Shown: piece after piece, positions 36,501 through 49,149 of the stretch
Numbering within the stretch: the stretch's first letter is position 1
Layout: every line of letters starts with the position of its first letter
Source: Psammoneis japonica
Lineage: Eukaryota
Length of the DNA stretch: 64,000 nucleotides
Direction of reading: 5' to 3'
NCBI GenBank assembly: GCA_008632985.1
Contig: QPGO01000006.1
Coordinates: forward strand, 617,138 to 681,137
The notes under the pieces: model-generated
What the model was told of the DNA's origin: nothing
The model's input: the letters and a program-made list of their open reading frames with translations, nothing else
The model's database searches: none
Program-made: the position numbers and the translations under genes

Positions 36501-39500
36501 ATTGGTGGTGTTTGCTGAAGAGCATGGAATTTGCACTGAAATCCATGTGGGGTGTTTCTTGGATCTGCAGAAAATGACAACAAAAAGTCAACGAGCATGC
36601 AACCCACAATGAGTCAATGCCAGTCATTTTCCACTCAGTGATGTTGCTCAACACGCTGAACCAAGGGCATGTCATTGACAGAAATGGCCAGAATGGTCTT
36701 GGGAGACCCAGCAAAATGCTGTCTGAGAAGGGTGACATCAGTGTAGTGAGAGCGCACACAGAAACACAAAACACATGTGGGGCTTTCTGGTGGGCAGCTG
36801 CTGCAGATTTGCAAAGGATTGAGCTCAGCATCAATGGCATGGCAGACTTTTTTTTGTCATTGGATGAAGAGAGTGAAGCAGAGGTTGCATCTGATGTTTG
36901 CATTCTTGCCATGTTGGCTGCACATGATGGTGCCACAGATGACACAAGCATGCCGTCATTCCAGTGCACACTGCCAGACATTCTTGTTCAAAATCTGTCA
37001 GGGTTCCAGAGTTGACAATGACAAATGGTGAACAACAACTGGTGTGATGGGCACGCCATCATTTGGAAGATGCCCTGTCGTCTCTCCCGCCAGCAAAGAT
37101 GATGGAACAATTGAATGATTTGGTTGGAGGGCTTGGCATGCATCAAAACCAAAATCCATGCACCAACAAAAGGGGGGCATCACCACACCCATGTGCTTGC
37201 ATTTCAGACAAAGCCTGGTTTGTTGCAGCTGTGATTGTGGGTCAGGAAGTTGCTGTGCTGAGCTCATGGTTGATCATGTTCATGTGTTCAAGCAGCTGTG
37301 CAAAAACTGCCCCACTTGCTGTTGAATGATCTCACATTCTGTGCTCTTCACAAGCTTGCCATGGTGAGATGGAGGAATGCACCAAGCCTGCTCTTGAAAG
37401 TGAGATGTAAAGAAGATTCTTGTTGATGACTTGCTGCACAGCTGGGGGTGGTTGTGAATTCAACCTGGTGTGGTGCTGTCATCAATGAGTCAAAAATGAC
37501 ACAGGAGCTGCTCAACAGCTTTGCTGTTGGAGTTAAGAAATCCAAAATGATGCCAGAGCCACTGCCCATGGGGCAAGTGCGCAAACTGCTGAGGCAGAGA
37601 TCACAAGTGCACCAGCTCTTTGTAAAAGACAACCCAGCATGCACAGAATGTGACAAAAGTTGAAGATGACAACAAAGTGGCAAATGGCAGTGCAGCTTTG
37701 AGTGCAGCACCCACTGGGCTTTCCAGCTTTTATTTGAAGATGGCTGCCAAGAATCTTTGACACAAACAAGTCACAAGAGCCCAGACCTTTGAGGGGAACA
37801 GCTGGCTTTTGACTGGTGCGGGAGCATTCCAATGCAGATGCTGTTGGCACCCAGCTCCCATTTGGAAAAAACCAACAATGCAAAGAGATGGTGTTGCTGC
37901 TGTCAATGAAGCATGCACAGGAGTCACAGAGCAAGCCTGCAAAAATGAAAGCTGCTGCCAAGACAGCACAAGGGTGGTGTGCAGAGCAATGATGAGGAGA
38001 GCAAAGTGAAGAAGCAGAAGAAATGACTGTGAGAGTGTGTTGCATGGGGCACAAGAGTTGCTGTTTTGGAAATGGGCGTGGCAAGAACAGTGAGCTTGCT
38101 CATCAAATGCATTGTGTCAGCCATCACCCTGCAACATGCCCTGCTGCAGTTGCCACAGCAGACAACAAAGACAGAAGATGGAAGTCATGCCATGTGAAAC
38201 TGACTCTGCATCAAGAGTCATTGGCGCCAGTCTTGGTTTGTTGAGAGATGGCAAATGCAAGGATCTGTGATGCTGTGACAACCATGGGATTCAAGAGAAG
38301 AGAAAACATGCACCAGATTCATGACTCCAAAGACTGGCAGATCACATGTCAGAATTGGTGGCACCTTTTCACCCCACAAATTGGCTGTGCTGCCCACACA
38401 AAGTCGCCCCCCTTGGCAGATTTGTCAAGCAAGCAGTGGCAAGGGCACAGCTGTCGAGAGAAGGAAAGCAACTTGGGGAAAAATGAAGCAGCCATGAATT
38501 GGCAGCATTGAAGCATTTGGGGGTGCTCTGAGGCAGGTCAAAACAATGCGGTGAAGTGTGTGAAGTGCAAGCTCCTGTTTTGCATTGGACTGCAGCACAC
38601 AGATCCATCCTTGAAAATCATGTGATGATTGCAGTGTGCTTGGTTTGTTGGGAGATGAAAAACACAAGGATCTGCAGTGCCACCACAACAACCATCAGAT
38701 TTAAGAGAAGAAACCATGTGCCAGCTTCATGACTCCAAGGACCAATGGACCACACTTCACAGTTGAGTTGCAGCCGGTCACCTTGCAAGTCAGTTGTGCC
38801 ACCAGCACGAAGCTGTCCTTGGCAAATTTGTTGAACAGTGGCTGGGGCACAATTGTCAAGAAAAGGAAACTTGCAGAAATTGAGCAGCCGCAGCAGGAGG
38901 ACACAGCAATTGGTGGAGTGGATGGAGAGTTGGCAGCATTGCAGCTGGGCAAGGTTCAAAGCTTGGAAGCTGGTGGAAAGAAGGGTTTGATGGGTCACCC
39001 TCAGGGCAGAAAATTTTGAAGCAAAATTTGCAACACCAACTCTCTAAGCTGCTCAGCCAATGCACATGCAAGGGACTCTCCCAGAAAGAAGAAAGCCAGA
39101 ATTGCACAACAACCAAAGAGCTGCAAGACTTGCCAAGAGAGACAGAATGATCCTGTGGTCCCACCAAACAGCCTCTGCCCAGAACAAGTCTTTGAGCAAA
39201 CTGGTTTTTTTGACTCACTTTGTTTGCTCTGTTGCTGTGTGTTGCAGTTGTTTGTGGCACAGGTGCAGAAAAAGTCAACATGAGTCATGTCAGCTTGCCC
39301 ACTTGGCCTGAAGAGTGATGTGCATGCTTCAAGCAAGTTTGTGTGGAGTGTGACAGTCGCTCATGTCAAACAGCAGCCTTTCCAGCAAAAGTGCAATGCC
39401 ACACCAAAGGTCATGAAAAGGCACTGGCATCAAAAATTGCAGCAGCCAAGGTCATGCGCAGCAACTGGCTGAGTGAAAAACTGCAGGATGAGAAAATGGG

Positions 39501-40480
39501 TGGGACATCGTGAAGGGAGCTGTCCCATCATCTGTGACAGTGTTGCTGCAGCACCTTGTGAAAAAATTACAACTGCCAGATGCTGAGCCACTGCACCTGA
39601 TTTGCTCCAGTTGCTGCAGAATTTGCCCACTTGCAAGCAATGTGAGGCTGTTTCAATGAAAATGTGGGTTGCTTGAGGCACAGCAGCAGCAAACGCAAGA
39701 GAAAGATGACAGCAGAGGGAGCGTCCTTCCTCAACATCCTGGATTGAGGTTGCCAGCCACATCGTCAGCAGCACAGTGCGCGAGCACCAGTTTGCACTGC
39801 AGCCCACATTTTCTGAGAAAAAACATGCAAATTCACAGTGTGTGCAAAGTGCTCCAGTCATGTCAGCGGCAGCAAATGGGTCTGGCAATGACACGAAGCT
39901 GTCTGTGTTTTTGGGTTGACGGGGGTCAAATGTGGCGCCAAGGTTGGCTTGAGCATGGACATGCAGTGTGCATGTGATGCCTCACTTGCCTTTGAATTTC
40001 AGGCCAGCTTTGTGCACAAGCCTGCAGCACAAATGGGGCAGCTGCTTTTCAGCAGAGCAACACAAACAAAACCTGGCTGTTTTTGGTTTTTTGGGTCTCA
40101 CATGTTGTCTCTAACTCACCTTGTTGTCATCTGACCTCACTCATCATCGGTGCAATGCAGTGTGCTGGGTTTTTGACTTTTTGAGTTTTGAGCAATGCAA
40201 AGCTGCTCTCCTTTTCTTCAATGCCCAGGTCTCCATTTTGAATTCGCGTGTGTGGTGGCAGAGTGATCCCCGCATGCCCGCTTTGTGTGCCTCCCTGGTG
40301 TTTGGCGCTTGAGTGTCTGACTTGGTTGGGGTTGCAGAGTTGTTCTGGCCATGATGGAGTCTTCATGGTGGTCACTGTCTTTTCCATTGCTTGGTTGTTC
40401 AGGCAAAGTTTCGTTGGATGGCATTTCTTGTTTCTTTGACTTTTTTGGCATGCTGCAGATCACATCATGATGCGAGCATT
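33600..40480 (+). mobile_element. Large (about 7 kb) heavily degenerate element, TpA- and CpG-depleted, with XPG/FEN1-like nuclease remnants
   Basis: FQADVQ (about 34585), GKCDAAMANNNKF and VGAGCHANPAGVSDIGTAKI (about 34900) resemble XPG-I EADAQ / G.vDav.s.DsD / H3TH GCDY..G..GIG..K. Termini not found. Confidence 0.5.
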
Positions 40481-41174
40481 TTTAGGGTCCTCCCTCAACA
40501 TGGAGGGGCATGACTGTTGTGAATCCGTCCTAAGTGAGGGCCAGGGGGGGCAGCAGAGGACGACAAGACCAAGAAAGCGAGTGTCTTTTTATGATGGTCA
40601 TTCTGTTCTCAACGACTTTTTTCAGGCGACAGAGTCTTTGGGGTGGTCATTCTCTTTTCCGTTGAATTTCTGTTTGGGCATAATTTCATTGGACGACGTT
40701 TCTTGTTTCTTGGGCTACTTCACACTGTCAACGACTCTCTCTGTTAATTAAAAGACTCTCTCTGTTAGAGACAAAAGAGCTCTCTGCTGTGTACATGCTA
40801 CTCTCTAGCTAGAGAGCGAGCTTTTGCTTTTATGCCTCGATGGCATCTATCTTCGGTCATTTCAAGCAGACACGTACCGTACTGTAAATAATATACACAC
40901 AGGAGAATTATTGTCATTCTGGTCGGTCACGATGACTTTTCATTGAGAAGATTGAGTGAGTCTTGTGGTCATTCGCTTTTCCGTTGTGTTTTGCTTGGGC
41001 AATAATAATATTTCATTTTTTGATCTTGTTTCTCGGACTCACTTTTTTTAGTCTGAGTGTCATAAAAGGGACAAATAAGTGCCCTTGCCGCTAGTCTACG
41101 TATCATCCAGTACCATCGGTACTGCCGACAAGACCAAATAAGAAAAAGGCATATATAATAAATACAATAATGCC

Positions 41175-41266
41175 AATGTCAGTTGCTATGTCTCAAAAAA
41201 TGTCAGTTACTATGTCTCAAACAATGTCAGTTGCTATGTTTCAAACAATGTCAGTTGCTATGTCTC
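41175..41266. repeat. 24-bp tandem repeat x about 4 (AATGTCAGTTGCTATGTCTCAAAC)
   Basis: Read directly from the sequence. Confidence 0.9.
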
Positions 41267-41427
41267 TGTACGAAGAACATACTATGTCCTACGTAAGATT
41301 ATCGGGTGGTTGAGGCAATCTTATCTTGATCGGTGGATTGGTTTCAGTCTTCAATCCTCACAATTTCCTCGGTCTCATTTTTTTTTATTCCTCCAAACTA
41401 TCATAGACAACGAAGCTTCCGGCAAGT

Positions 41428-42802
41428 ATGAAGTATTCCATCGCCTCGTCAGCGTTTATGCTACTCTTTGTTTCCCCTTTCTCTTCCGCAAAGTTGTTCC
41501 GTGGGGTAGAGAAACGTGTGGAGGCCGACCGTCAGAAGCCTGAGGTTCCTCAACCTTGCACCGCCGACAAATGGGTCGATGTCACCATCAATGGTTGCAA
41601 CTTTCTTGCCATCAAGGAAAAGACCGAAGAACTCCTTGAGGAAGCTGGATGTGATAACGAATGGGATTACGAACTCAAACTCCTCATGAGGGCGAATCAC
41701 GCGAGACAAGCTCTAAGCAAAATCAAAGTGCTTTGCATGGATCTTTGGGATTCAGTTCAGCACTCTAAATGGACAGACATCAAGGCCGAGTTCAATCCCG
41801 ATTTCATGGAAGAATATATGGAAGGTCTTGGCTACTTGAACAGTGAGTATTGTCTATAATGGGATCACCAGGTGCTTTCTTTCCTCCTCTAACTTAGCCA
41901 ATGCCTCTTGTGACGCAACAGACGAGACGGGCAACTTTCGAAACGCCAACGGTACGGACCCTCGTAAAAACGATCCTTATGAAACGACGGAGCGTTCCTA
42001 TCAAGCGGGCCAAGCTGTCAAGGACTTCTACGAAACCACTGCCAAGAACTCAAAGAACTCGGTATTGACTGAGGTGGAAAGTTTGGCGGACTGCGAGCAT
42101 CAAGCCATGATGTGCTGTTTTGGTCGAGATAGACAGTTTGGAGATGGAGCTAACAACGGCGATTGCGAAGAAGACGATTGCGATGATGCGAACCCCCAAG
42201 ATAACTCTAACCTTTGCTACGTGGACGATCCCGAACCATTCACCGAGTATCCGAACGACACCGAAGGCCAAATTCATTGTCATGGCATTGCTTGGTCTCG
42301 TGACAAAAATGATTTTACGGCTAAGCTCCGCTTCAACAACATATTCTACGTTTCCATGTATGACCACATGTACACCCGTGGCTACGTCGGACCCACCGTT
42401 GACGACGTCAGAATGTGTGGCTGTGTCGAAGACATGAATCCCGTTGTCCGTGCGGATTGCACTGAAATAGTCGCGACTCTCGATGTTAAAGTCACTTATG
42501 ACGAAAACGAAGGGTTGAGTGTGCAAAAGAGTAGCAACCTGGAAGTGACATACCAACAGTGTCAAGGAATCAATGGAGTTCCTGCAGAAGCAAATGATCT
42601 TGCGTACTACATCAGGCGTCTAGTTCACGAAGGCAAAATGAAAATCGGCACTCAGAATGATATCTACGAAACCGTGGTAGGATTCGATGATGAACAGAAC
42701 CAAGACAATGAAGCTGCCTGTGAAGCGGCCGTGGAGCGATACAAAGCCTACCAAGATGAAGACTATGATTCGTCAGAGTTTGATTGGGACAATGCGTATT
42801 AG
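41428..42802 (+). CDS. Secreted Cys-rich protein of a diatom-type family, unknown function; intron 41843-41921
   Basis: Signal peptide; an in-frame GTGAGT...ACAG intron joins the two ORFs; motifs MMCCFGRDRQ, DNSNLCY, IHCHGIAW, FYVSMYDHMYTRGYV and MCGCVEDM. Confidence 0.8.
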
Positions 42803-42899
42803 ATACCATTCGAGGAAAGTGTTGGAAGACGAACATGCACCATTGCCACTACGCAGATAGATATTAGCTTGAAAACCTTAGGTGACGCTTTCATGTGAC

Positions 42900-45800
42900 T
42901 ATCAGCATTGTAAACGATGCACATATGTGCACATGTAAATGTTGTGGCAGCATCACAAACAATTGCAACCCAACTCACTACGTGTTCCCAAGCACATTGC
43001 TAACCTTGGACAAAAGTTGCGCGACGATTCTCAGCACCGACAAAAGAATCAAGTGAATGCCAATGAGGAAAAGTAGAAGAGCAACAGATAGAAAGACATG
43101 GCAGCCAGAAGATGAAACAGATTGTGAGAGCAAACCTGTGAGTCCACTGCTGGTAACTCTCTCTGCCGGTGGAGTGAGCAGAGAACTTAAAGAGGATGTC
43201 GACAGCTCTTTTCGCCTGAAGAACAGAACACAGGCCTCAGAGACCACAGACCACAGGACACACACAGCAACAAGTGAAAGCAATGGGCAATTTCACCCAC
43301 AGCTTGCAAATGTTTCCCTTTCCCTCTGAAAAAACATCAGCTCTCTGACACTTGAAGATGAGACTGAAAAAAAATGTTGCAAACACAACAGCCCGACTTC
43401 ACACCAAGCAGAACAAGGCCAATCTTCATTTTCAATGTGCACATCACAAGGAAACCAACAAATCTGCTCCTGCTGCAGCCAGTTTTGCAGAGAATCCACC
43501 AAAAACTCAACAGAACATTTGCACTGCTGTTGCCAACTTGGTCAGTGGACTGAGACACTCCAGCATGCAGAAAGTGTGCCTCAAATGGGGTTTGACTTTA
43601 CGACCATTTTTGGAGGTTGCAGAACACTCCAGAACTCCAGTTCTCTCATTTCTTGAGCTCTCATCAATGCACGGCCCCAAAGCACCTCCAACAATGTTTG
43701 CTGCCTCTTGTGTGCAAGGCTCTCAGGGGCAAACTCTTGCAGCACACTTGATGCATGGCTGGAGCTTGATTTTGGGCAATTGCAAGTTTTTTTTCATCTT
43801 CCTGAGGATGGTCACCATGACAAGGATGCAGAGGCATGTGATGAGGGCACCAATTGCCCAGGAAACATCTCTTGTTTGCGTCATCTGGCACACTTGAAAG
43901 GGCAGCCAAGCTTTCACAGGATGTGTTGGTCTGTGAGGACAAGACAGTGGGTGCAGAAAGGGCCAACACATGGCTTTTTGCCATCTCTCATTGTTCATCA
44001 AGGCGCGCTGCCACAGGTGCACAAAATGTCACACACAGTTCTTTTCTGCTGTTGGAAAATCATGGCTTGCTTGCTGGCTGGCACACGCTTTTGATCTCAC
44101 CAACCCTGGGCTCACTGCACATGGCTTGCAAACACACATCCCCAATGTTGTTGACTGCCATTGTCAGGTCAACTGGGTGCAAAAGCTAAAAAGTGAGCAC
44201 AAGACCTGCAACCCAATCCAAGTCGCAAACACAAATTTGCCACATCATTGACCGTCATCAGCACATCCTTTGCTGCAATGTTGTCTGTCCATTCTGTGAA
44301 AACTGTCCCTCATCCCAATGTCCCGACACACTCCTTTGCACAAGCCATCAGTTGATTGGCCTCATGATGCATGTTGAGCATGGGAGGATGACACTTGGAA
44401 ACCATGCTGCCCAGCGTTGCTTCAAATGCTCTGCTGATTCCTGTGGCACACATCACTGAACTCTGCCATTGATTGACCGCAGCTGCTGTTGAGCAAACAA
44501 CAATCCTTCTTCACACGTGCCCAACCTTGTTGCATTTCCAGCACTTGATCTGCTTCTTTTTGTTTTGCACAAAGCTTGCACCCTCACAGGCTTCTTGTTG
44601 GCTCTGCACATGTCCAACACCTGCAGCGCCTCCTCAGCTGAATTGGATCAATTGTCTCAGCCCCCAGTGTGCGAGCTGCCGGTGCAGGTCTTTCAAGAAA
44701 TGCCAATGTTCAATGGTGCTTTTTGCTGGCATTGCCACCAAAAACTTGTTCTTTTCTTCACTCTGGGTGCAATCAGCATCCAAGCTGAGCCCATTTTCTT
44801 TCTTGGTGATTTCTTCTGGGGGACGACTCTTCCACAGGATGTCTCCACTGTCTCTTCAATGCTCATGAAATGATTTCAGCAATCTTGAGCAGCCTCCTCT
44901 CCTTCACCCTGTCAAATGAGTGCCCACTGCTTCCAAGCCTTGACTGCCTGAACATGTGAGTGAGTCTTTGCATTTGCATCAAACAAGATTGACCAAAGAG
45001 CCCCCAACAATGCCGCCATGTCCCGCTCCTTTGTGACTCTCACAAACTCCACAACTCCTTTGACCTTGTGACAAATGGCCTTTGTGCACTGCCCCACGAC
45101 AGTGTCAGCAAATGCCTTCACCTTCTGCATCCTGCAAAATCATGCATTGTTTTGCATGGTGACAACATTGCTTGCCCCAGATTGCCTTGTTCTTCTCCAG
45201 TGCAGTCACTTCTTGCAGTGGATGCCCCAGCTCTTCTGGCACACTCTTCTGCCTCAGAAACACTGACACCTGCACCCCTGGCCCAAACATTCTTCCGACA
45301 CACTCGCCAACTCCTTGTGGTTTCCTTGCAACCATCTGCCTGTCACACTGACTCAGCAATGGTGCCACAGCCACACCCACTCCTTTGGATCTTTTGTGCT
45401 TCTGCGCTCAGTCACATCCTTGCACATGTCAACCCAGCCCAGTGCAACCTTGGCGCACCCTCTTTCAAGAAAAATCCACAGCTGCCCCACAGCAAAGCCC
45501 TTCAGAGAATTCTGTTTCTTTTTCTTTGAACAGCACCACTCCTTTGGGTGTCGTGCCATGATCATTTGGCTGTGTGTGCTTGAAATCACTGCCACTGAAC
45601 TCACTGCACAGCTTGCAAACACACTCCCAATGCCGTCAACCACTGTTGTCATGACAGCTGGGTGCAGAAGCTAAAAAGTGAGCATGAGACCCACTCAACC
45701 CAAGTTGTGAGCGTAAACTTGCCACATTGTTGACCACATCAGCATGTTCTTGCTGCAGGCCAAAGTGCCAATTGCAAGGAGGCACTCATCATGTCGTCCT

Positions 45801-46200
45801 GTGGGTTCTTTTGCTTTTCATTGGCTTGGTCTTCACGGAGCCAACCAGTGTCAGGATGAGTTCCAGCTGTGATCAATGGAAGAGTGCAGTTTTGCTTGTG
45901 GCTCACCAGCAGAGGGTCACAAGAGGCTTGTGCCGGGTTTGTTTCTTGCAGAGATGTGTTCAAAATCTCGATGTGATGGAATGCGGCAAAATCACAAGAG
46001 TGACGGTGGCAGCACTTTGCTCTCTCTCTCTCTCTCTCTCTTGGACCAGCAAAGTTGTCATGCAACTGACAAGGTGGATCATTTTGGTCTTTCACGCAAC
46101 AGGGAGAAAACCACACATGCATTTACAAAGAGAATTGAAAATTCCTGTTAGCAAACCCCAACTTAAAATGCAAGGTCTGTTATGCTGCCGTGGCAAATCA
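42900..46200 (-). mobile_element. TpA/CpG-depleted block containing a second gag remnant flanked by direct repeats (about 45600-45770 and 44040-44345)
   Basis: Minus strand TVVGQCTKAICHKVKGVVEFVRVTKERDMAALL is homologous to 28560-28750; the flanking repeat is homologous to the 27560 and 29320 repeats. Confidence 0.6.
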
Positions 46201-46795
46201 TGGTGAAGCGGATCCATCTCAATGTGTCTTGTGGATCGTTTTACACAACCATGATGGACAAATACATCTTTTCTGTTACTCGCGCAAATACAGCAGTTGT
46301 TCAGGACACGACCAAGTGCGAGTGAGTTCTTCTCAGTAGGTGGATTTTCAGCAAAGACACGTTCAAAAAGATCTTGGGCATTTTTCTGATGTTCTTTGGG
46401 AACGGATAGGTTTCGGCAAAACAGGCCCCAGCGTCTTTGTGTGCCTTCCAACATGTCATGAAATCGCGTGGCAGTGTATTCGGTGATACGGTCAATTTCT
46501 CCTTTGTCGGTTCCTCACAAGGTATCAACGTAATCTCCAGAGAATTCAAACCGGCTGTTTGGCAGGTATCTTTACCATTTCGGACACATGACGTGTTGCG
46601 CATAGCTTCCCATGGAACGATCTCCAACGCAATGGAATCTTGATAGCTCAGCCTAAGTATAGATGAGCGCCATGTCTTTGCGTTCTAATAAACCAAGCAG
46701 CAGATCTGGATTTTGCCGCCTCTGTTACATCGATTGCCGAGAAATTGATCTGCCATATGGGTTGTAAAGTTATTCGACGCATCCACCTTGACGAG

Positions 46796-47905
46796 TCACG
46801 GAATCGAGAGGCCACACATGGACGACAACACTTTTGTTATATCCTCCAAGACTGGCAAATTTTTCGGAGCGTTGCAAGGATTCTTTTTTAACCAATCCGG
46901 CATGGCCTCGACAAAGAGTCCGCCATACAAGGGTAGCGTCGCAAAGAACCATACCATGCTCATATTGGCTCTCACTAACAATGGAAGCTTGGAGAACCAA
47001 ACGGATGACTCGATTGCATTCATCCACAATGCTTGCAACAGAAAAAAGACTAGAGCTCGCACTACGCCGCGTCCAAAGGTAAAGTGCGCCACCCAAGAAT
47101 GCAAAAGACCGCTCGCAACAAAGCACAGCAAAACAGAGCTTGACTTGGTAAAATGTCCATCTTGTTGCGCGGGTATGTATACCGTTTCTTTGAGAAGCTC
47201 GTTAATGAGCCGATTGTAACGTCTTCCCCACAAGTCGTGCAGTGACGTTGAGAATGCGGGATAATTGTGCATGGGCAACATTCGGAATCTTCCCAAGCTT
47301 GCAAGACTCACTACGATGCACTGCAAGTCGTTAATCCATGCTGAAGCAATAATGGTGAGTGAAAACAGAAACAAGAGCTTCATGTAAACTACAGCATCCT
47401 TTTCTTCTTGATTAGCAAGAACCAAGGAGTACTGATACAAGACGGGCAAAACGACGAGTTTGGCAGCCGCCGCCACCAAATACTCGAGATTCCGAATCAA
47501 CAACCAAAACAATGGGGGAGGATTCGGTTCTCGCGAAACAGGGAGAGCATAGTAAAGAAAGCTGCCGGTAAATCTCATAAAACCCAATATCGGACGCGAC
47601 TGCTTCTCCTTCTTCTTTTCTGAATTTGCTTCGGATACCCCATTCTTCTCCTCGTCCGCGGTATTGTTTGGAAAAAGTATTAGTTGAGTCAATTTCAAGG
47701 GCATTATGGACGCTAGTACCGCCATCATCATGGTCTCTAGTGCATGAATAGGCATGTCGTGGCAAAATGGAGCCAAAAGATACGCAACCCATAGCGCCAG
47801 AACTAGAGCAAGCTTTAGCTGTGGAGTGCCAAGTCGAGAGCAAAGGTAGGAAAGAGGCAGGGCTACGGCGCTAGTCACGCCTAGTGTCGCAAGGAGAGAA
47901 GACAT
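46796..47905 (-). CDS. Membrane-bound O-acyltransferase (MBOAT_2 / wax synthase-like)
   Basis: Multiple TM helices; PAFSTSLHDLWGRRYNRLINELLKETVYIP and FVASGLLHSW (catalytic His). Confidence 0.85.
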   Translation of the reverse strand: MSSLLATLGVTSAVALPLSYLCSRLGTPQLKLALVLALWVAYLLAPFCHDMPIHALETMMMAVLASIMPLKLTQLILFPNNTADEEKNGVSEANSEKKKEKQSRPILGFMRFTGSFLYYALPVSREPNPPPLFWLLIRNLEYLVAAAAKLVVLPVLYQYSLVLANQEEKDAVVYMKLLFLFSLTIIASAWINDLQCIVVSLASLGRFRMLPMHNYPAFSTSLHDLWGRRYNRLINELLKETVYIPAQQDGHFTKSSSVLLCFVASGLLHSWVAHFTFGRGVVRALVFFLLQALWMNAIESSVWFSKLPLLVRANMSMVWFFATLPLYGGLFVEAMPDWLKKNPCNAPKNLPVLEDITKVLSSMCGLSIP

Positions 47906-48143
47906 GTTCACTCAATAAGATGATGTTTACTTGGTGGGGAACGGAAGAAGTTTCAAGTGTGCCATTGTGTCGCGAACAGTCGACGGTCGGCACTTTTGGA
48001 ACAAAACCGGTGAAGAAACCCGGATGTCGTGTCGGATGGAGTTTTTCGAAATTTTAAAGATGCGCGGACAAACTGACATCCGAACTACAACCGCTCGTTC
48101 CTACGTTCCAGGTTCCAGTGTGTTGTTGCTTTTGCCTCTTGCC

Positions 48144-49085
48144 ATGATGCATCGCTTAGTACGGGGCGGAAAGACGCTTTCATTCCTTTCTCTAGTCCTT
48201 CTTTTTCCGACGTATGGAGTATGCGTAAACAATGCTTTTTTACCATGCCCCCAAACTGCGTTTGTTTGCAGACAGTCAAGAAGAATTTCGACACTGTTTC
48301 TCACACGACGAGCTGCAGGCGCAGCCATTGACGCAGCAACAACAACCAAAGCACGTGAATTGAATTTTTGGGGACAGAATCGCACGCGAGATGAAATTAT
48401 ATCACACGTATTTAGCACCATAAATATGACTCAGGTACAGGTACTCTCTGCTGAGCCTCCTTTGATTGTTGTTCATGACTTTGCATCGAAACGAGATTGT
48501 GACGAAATTATGGAGGCGGCAATTCAGTCTGGAAATCTAAAGAGATCCACCATGGGTGCGGAACAAGAGGAATCAAAAGAACGAACTAGCAGTACAGTGT
48601 GGTTGTCGGAACAATACTGCAACAGCACCGACAATATGAGAGCACGGCACGTTTTGCGGCGCCTGGCAGACTTGGTGTCGCGACTGTCGGAAATGCCATG
48701 CGGGAACATGGAGAATCTGCAAGTGGTAAAATACACTCCTGGACAAGAATTTACAATTCATACCGATCATTTGGATTCGTTCAATGATTTGGAGGTCAAG
48801 GGGCGGTTGTCGACCTGTCTGATTTACTTGCAGGAACCCACGAGTGGAGGAGAAACACGTTTTTTCGAGTTTGATCAAAACGTACCACCGCGGCAAGGGT
48901 CTGCTGTCTTTTTCTGGAATACTTTGGAACGACCAGGATCACCCGACTATGATCCAGAAATGTTTCTGAATGTCGATTTGAGGCTACGACATGCCGGTCT
49001 GCCAGTGCTGGAGGGAGAAAAATGGATCTGCAATCGATGGACCCACCCCATCGACCTTGGATCGGGTGTGAGGGGTCTAAGCTAA
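48144..49085 (+). CDS. Prolyl 4-hydroxylase-like 2OG-Fe(II) dioxygenase
   Basis: RTSSTVWL, ENLQVVKY, HTD, GGETRF, HAGLPV and EKWICNRW. Start taken at the ATG preceding a signal-like segment. Confidence 0.85.
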   Translation: MMHRLVRGGKTLSFLSLVLLFPTYGVCVNNAFLPCPQTAFVCRQSRRISTLFLTRRAAGAAIDAATTTKARELNFWGQNRTRDEIISHVFSTINMTQVQVLSAEPPLIVVHDFASKRDCDEIMEAAIQSGNLKRSTMGAEQEESKERTSSTVWLSEQYCNSTDNMRARHVLRRLADLVSRLSEMPCGNMENLQVVKYTPGQEFTIHTDHLDSFNDLEVKGRLSTCLIYLQEPTSGGETRFFEFDQNVPPRQGSAVFFWNTLERPGSPDYDPEMFLNVDLRLRHAGLPVLEGEKWICNRWTHPIDLGSGVRGLS

Positions 49086-49149
49086 ATCTAGAACTAGATT
49101 TATTTCATTGCACAATCTCTCTACTGGCAGAGTTTCTTTAGATAGACTC

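Noticed and set aside
33600..40480. Dozens of overlapping Cys/His-rich ORFs in all six frames (also in every other TA-depleted block)
   Set aside because: By-product of TA loss: TAA/TAG stops are erased and TGY/CAY codons inflated. They are not real metal-binding proteins.
41175..41266. 24-bp repeats as CRISPR or iterons
   Set aside because: Head-to-tail minisatellite without spacers.
46092..46627. Possible gene on the minus strand downstream of the MBOAT gene
   Set aside because: Split over two frames, no ATG start, upstream stop and no recognisable domain; at most a pseudogene fragment.
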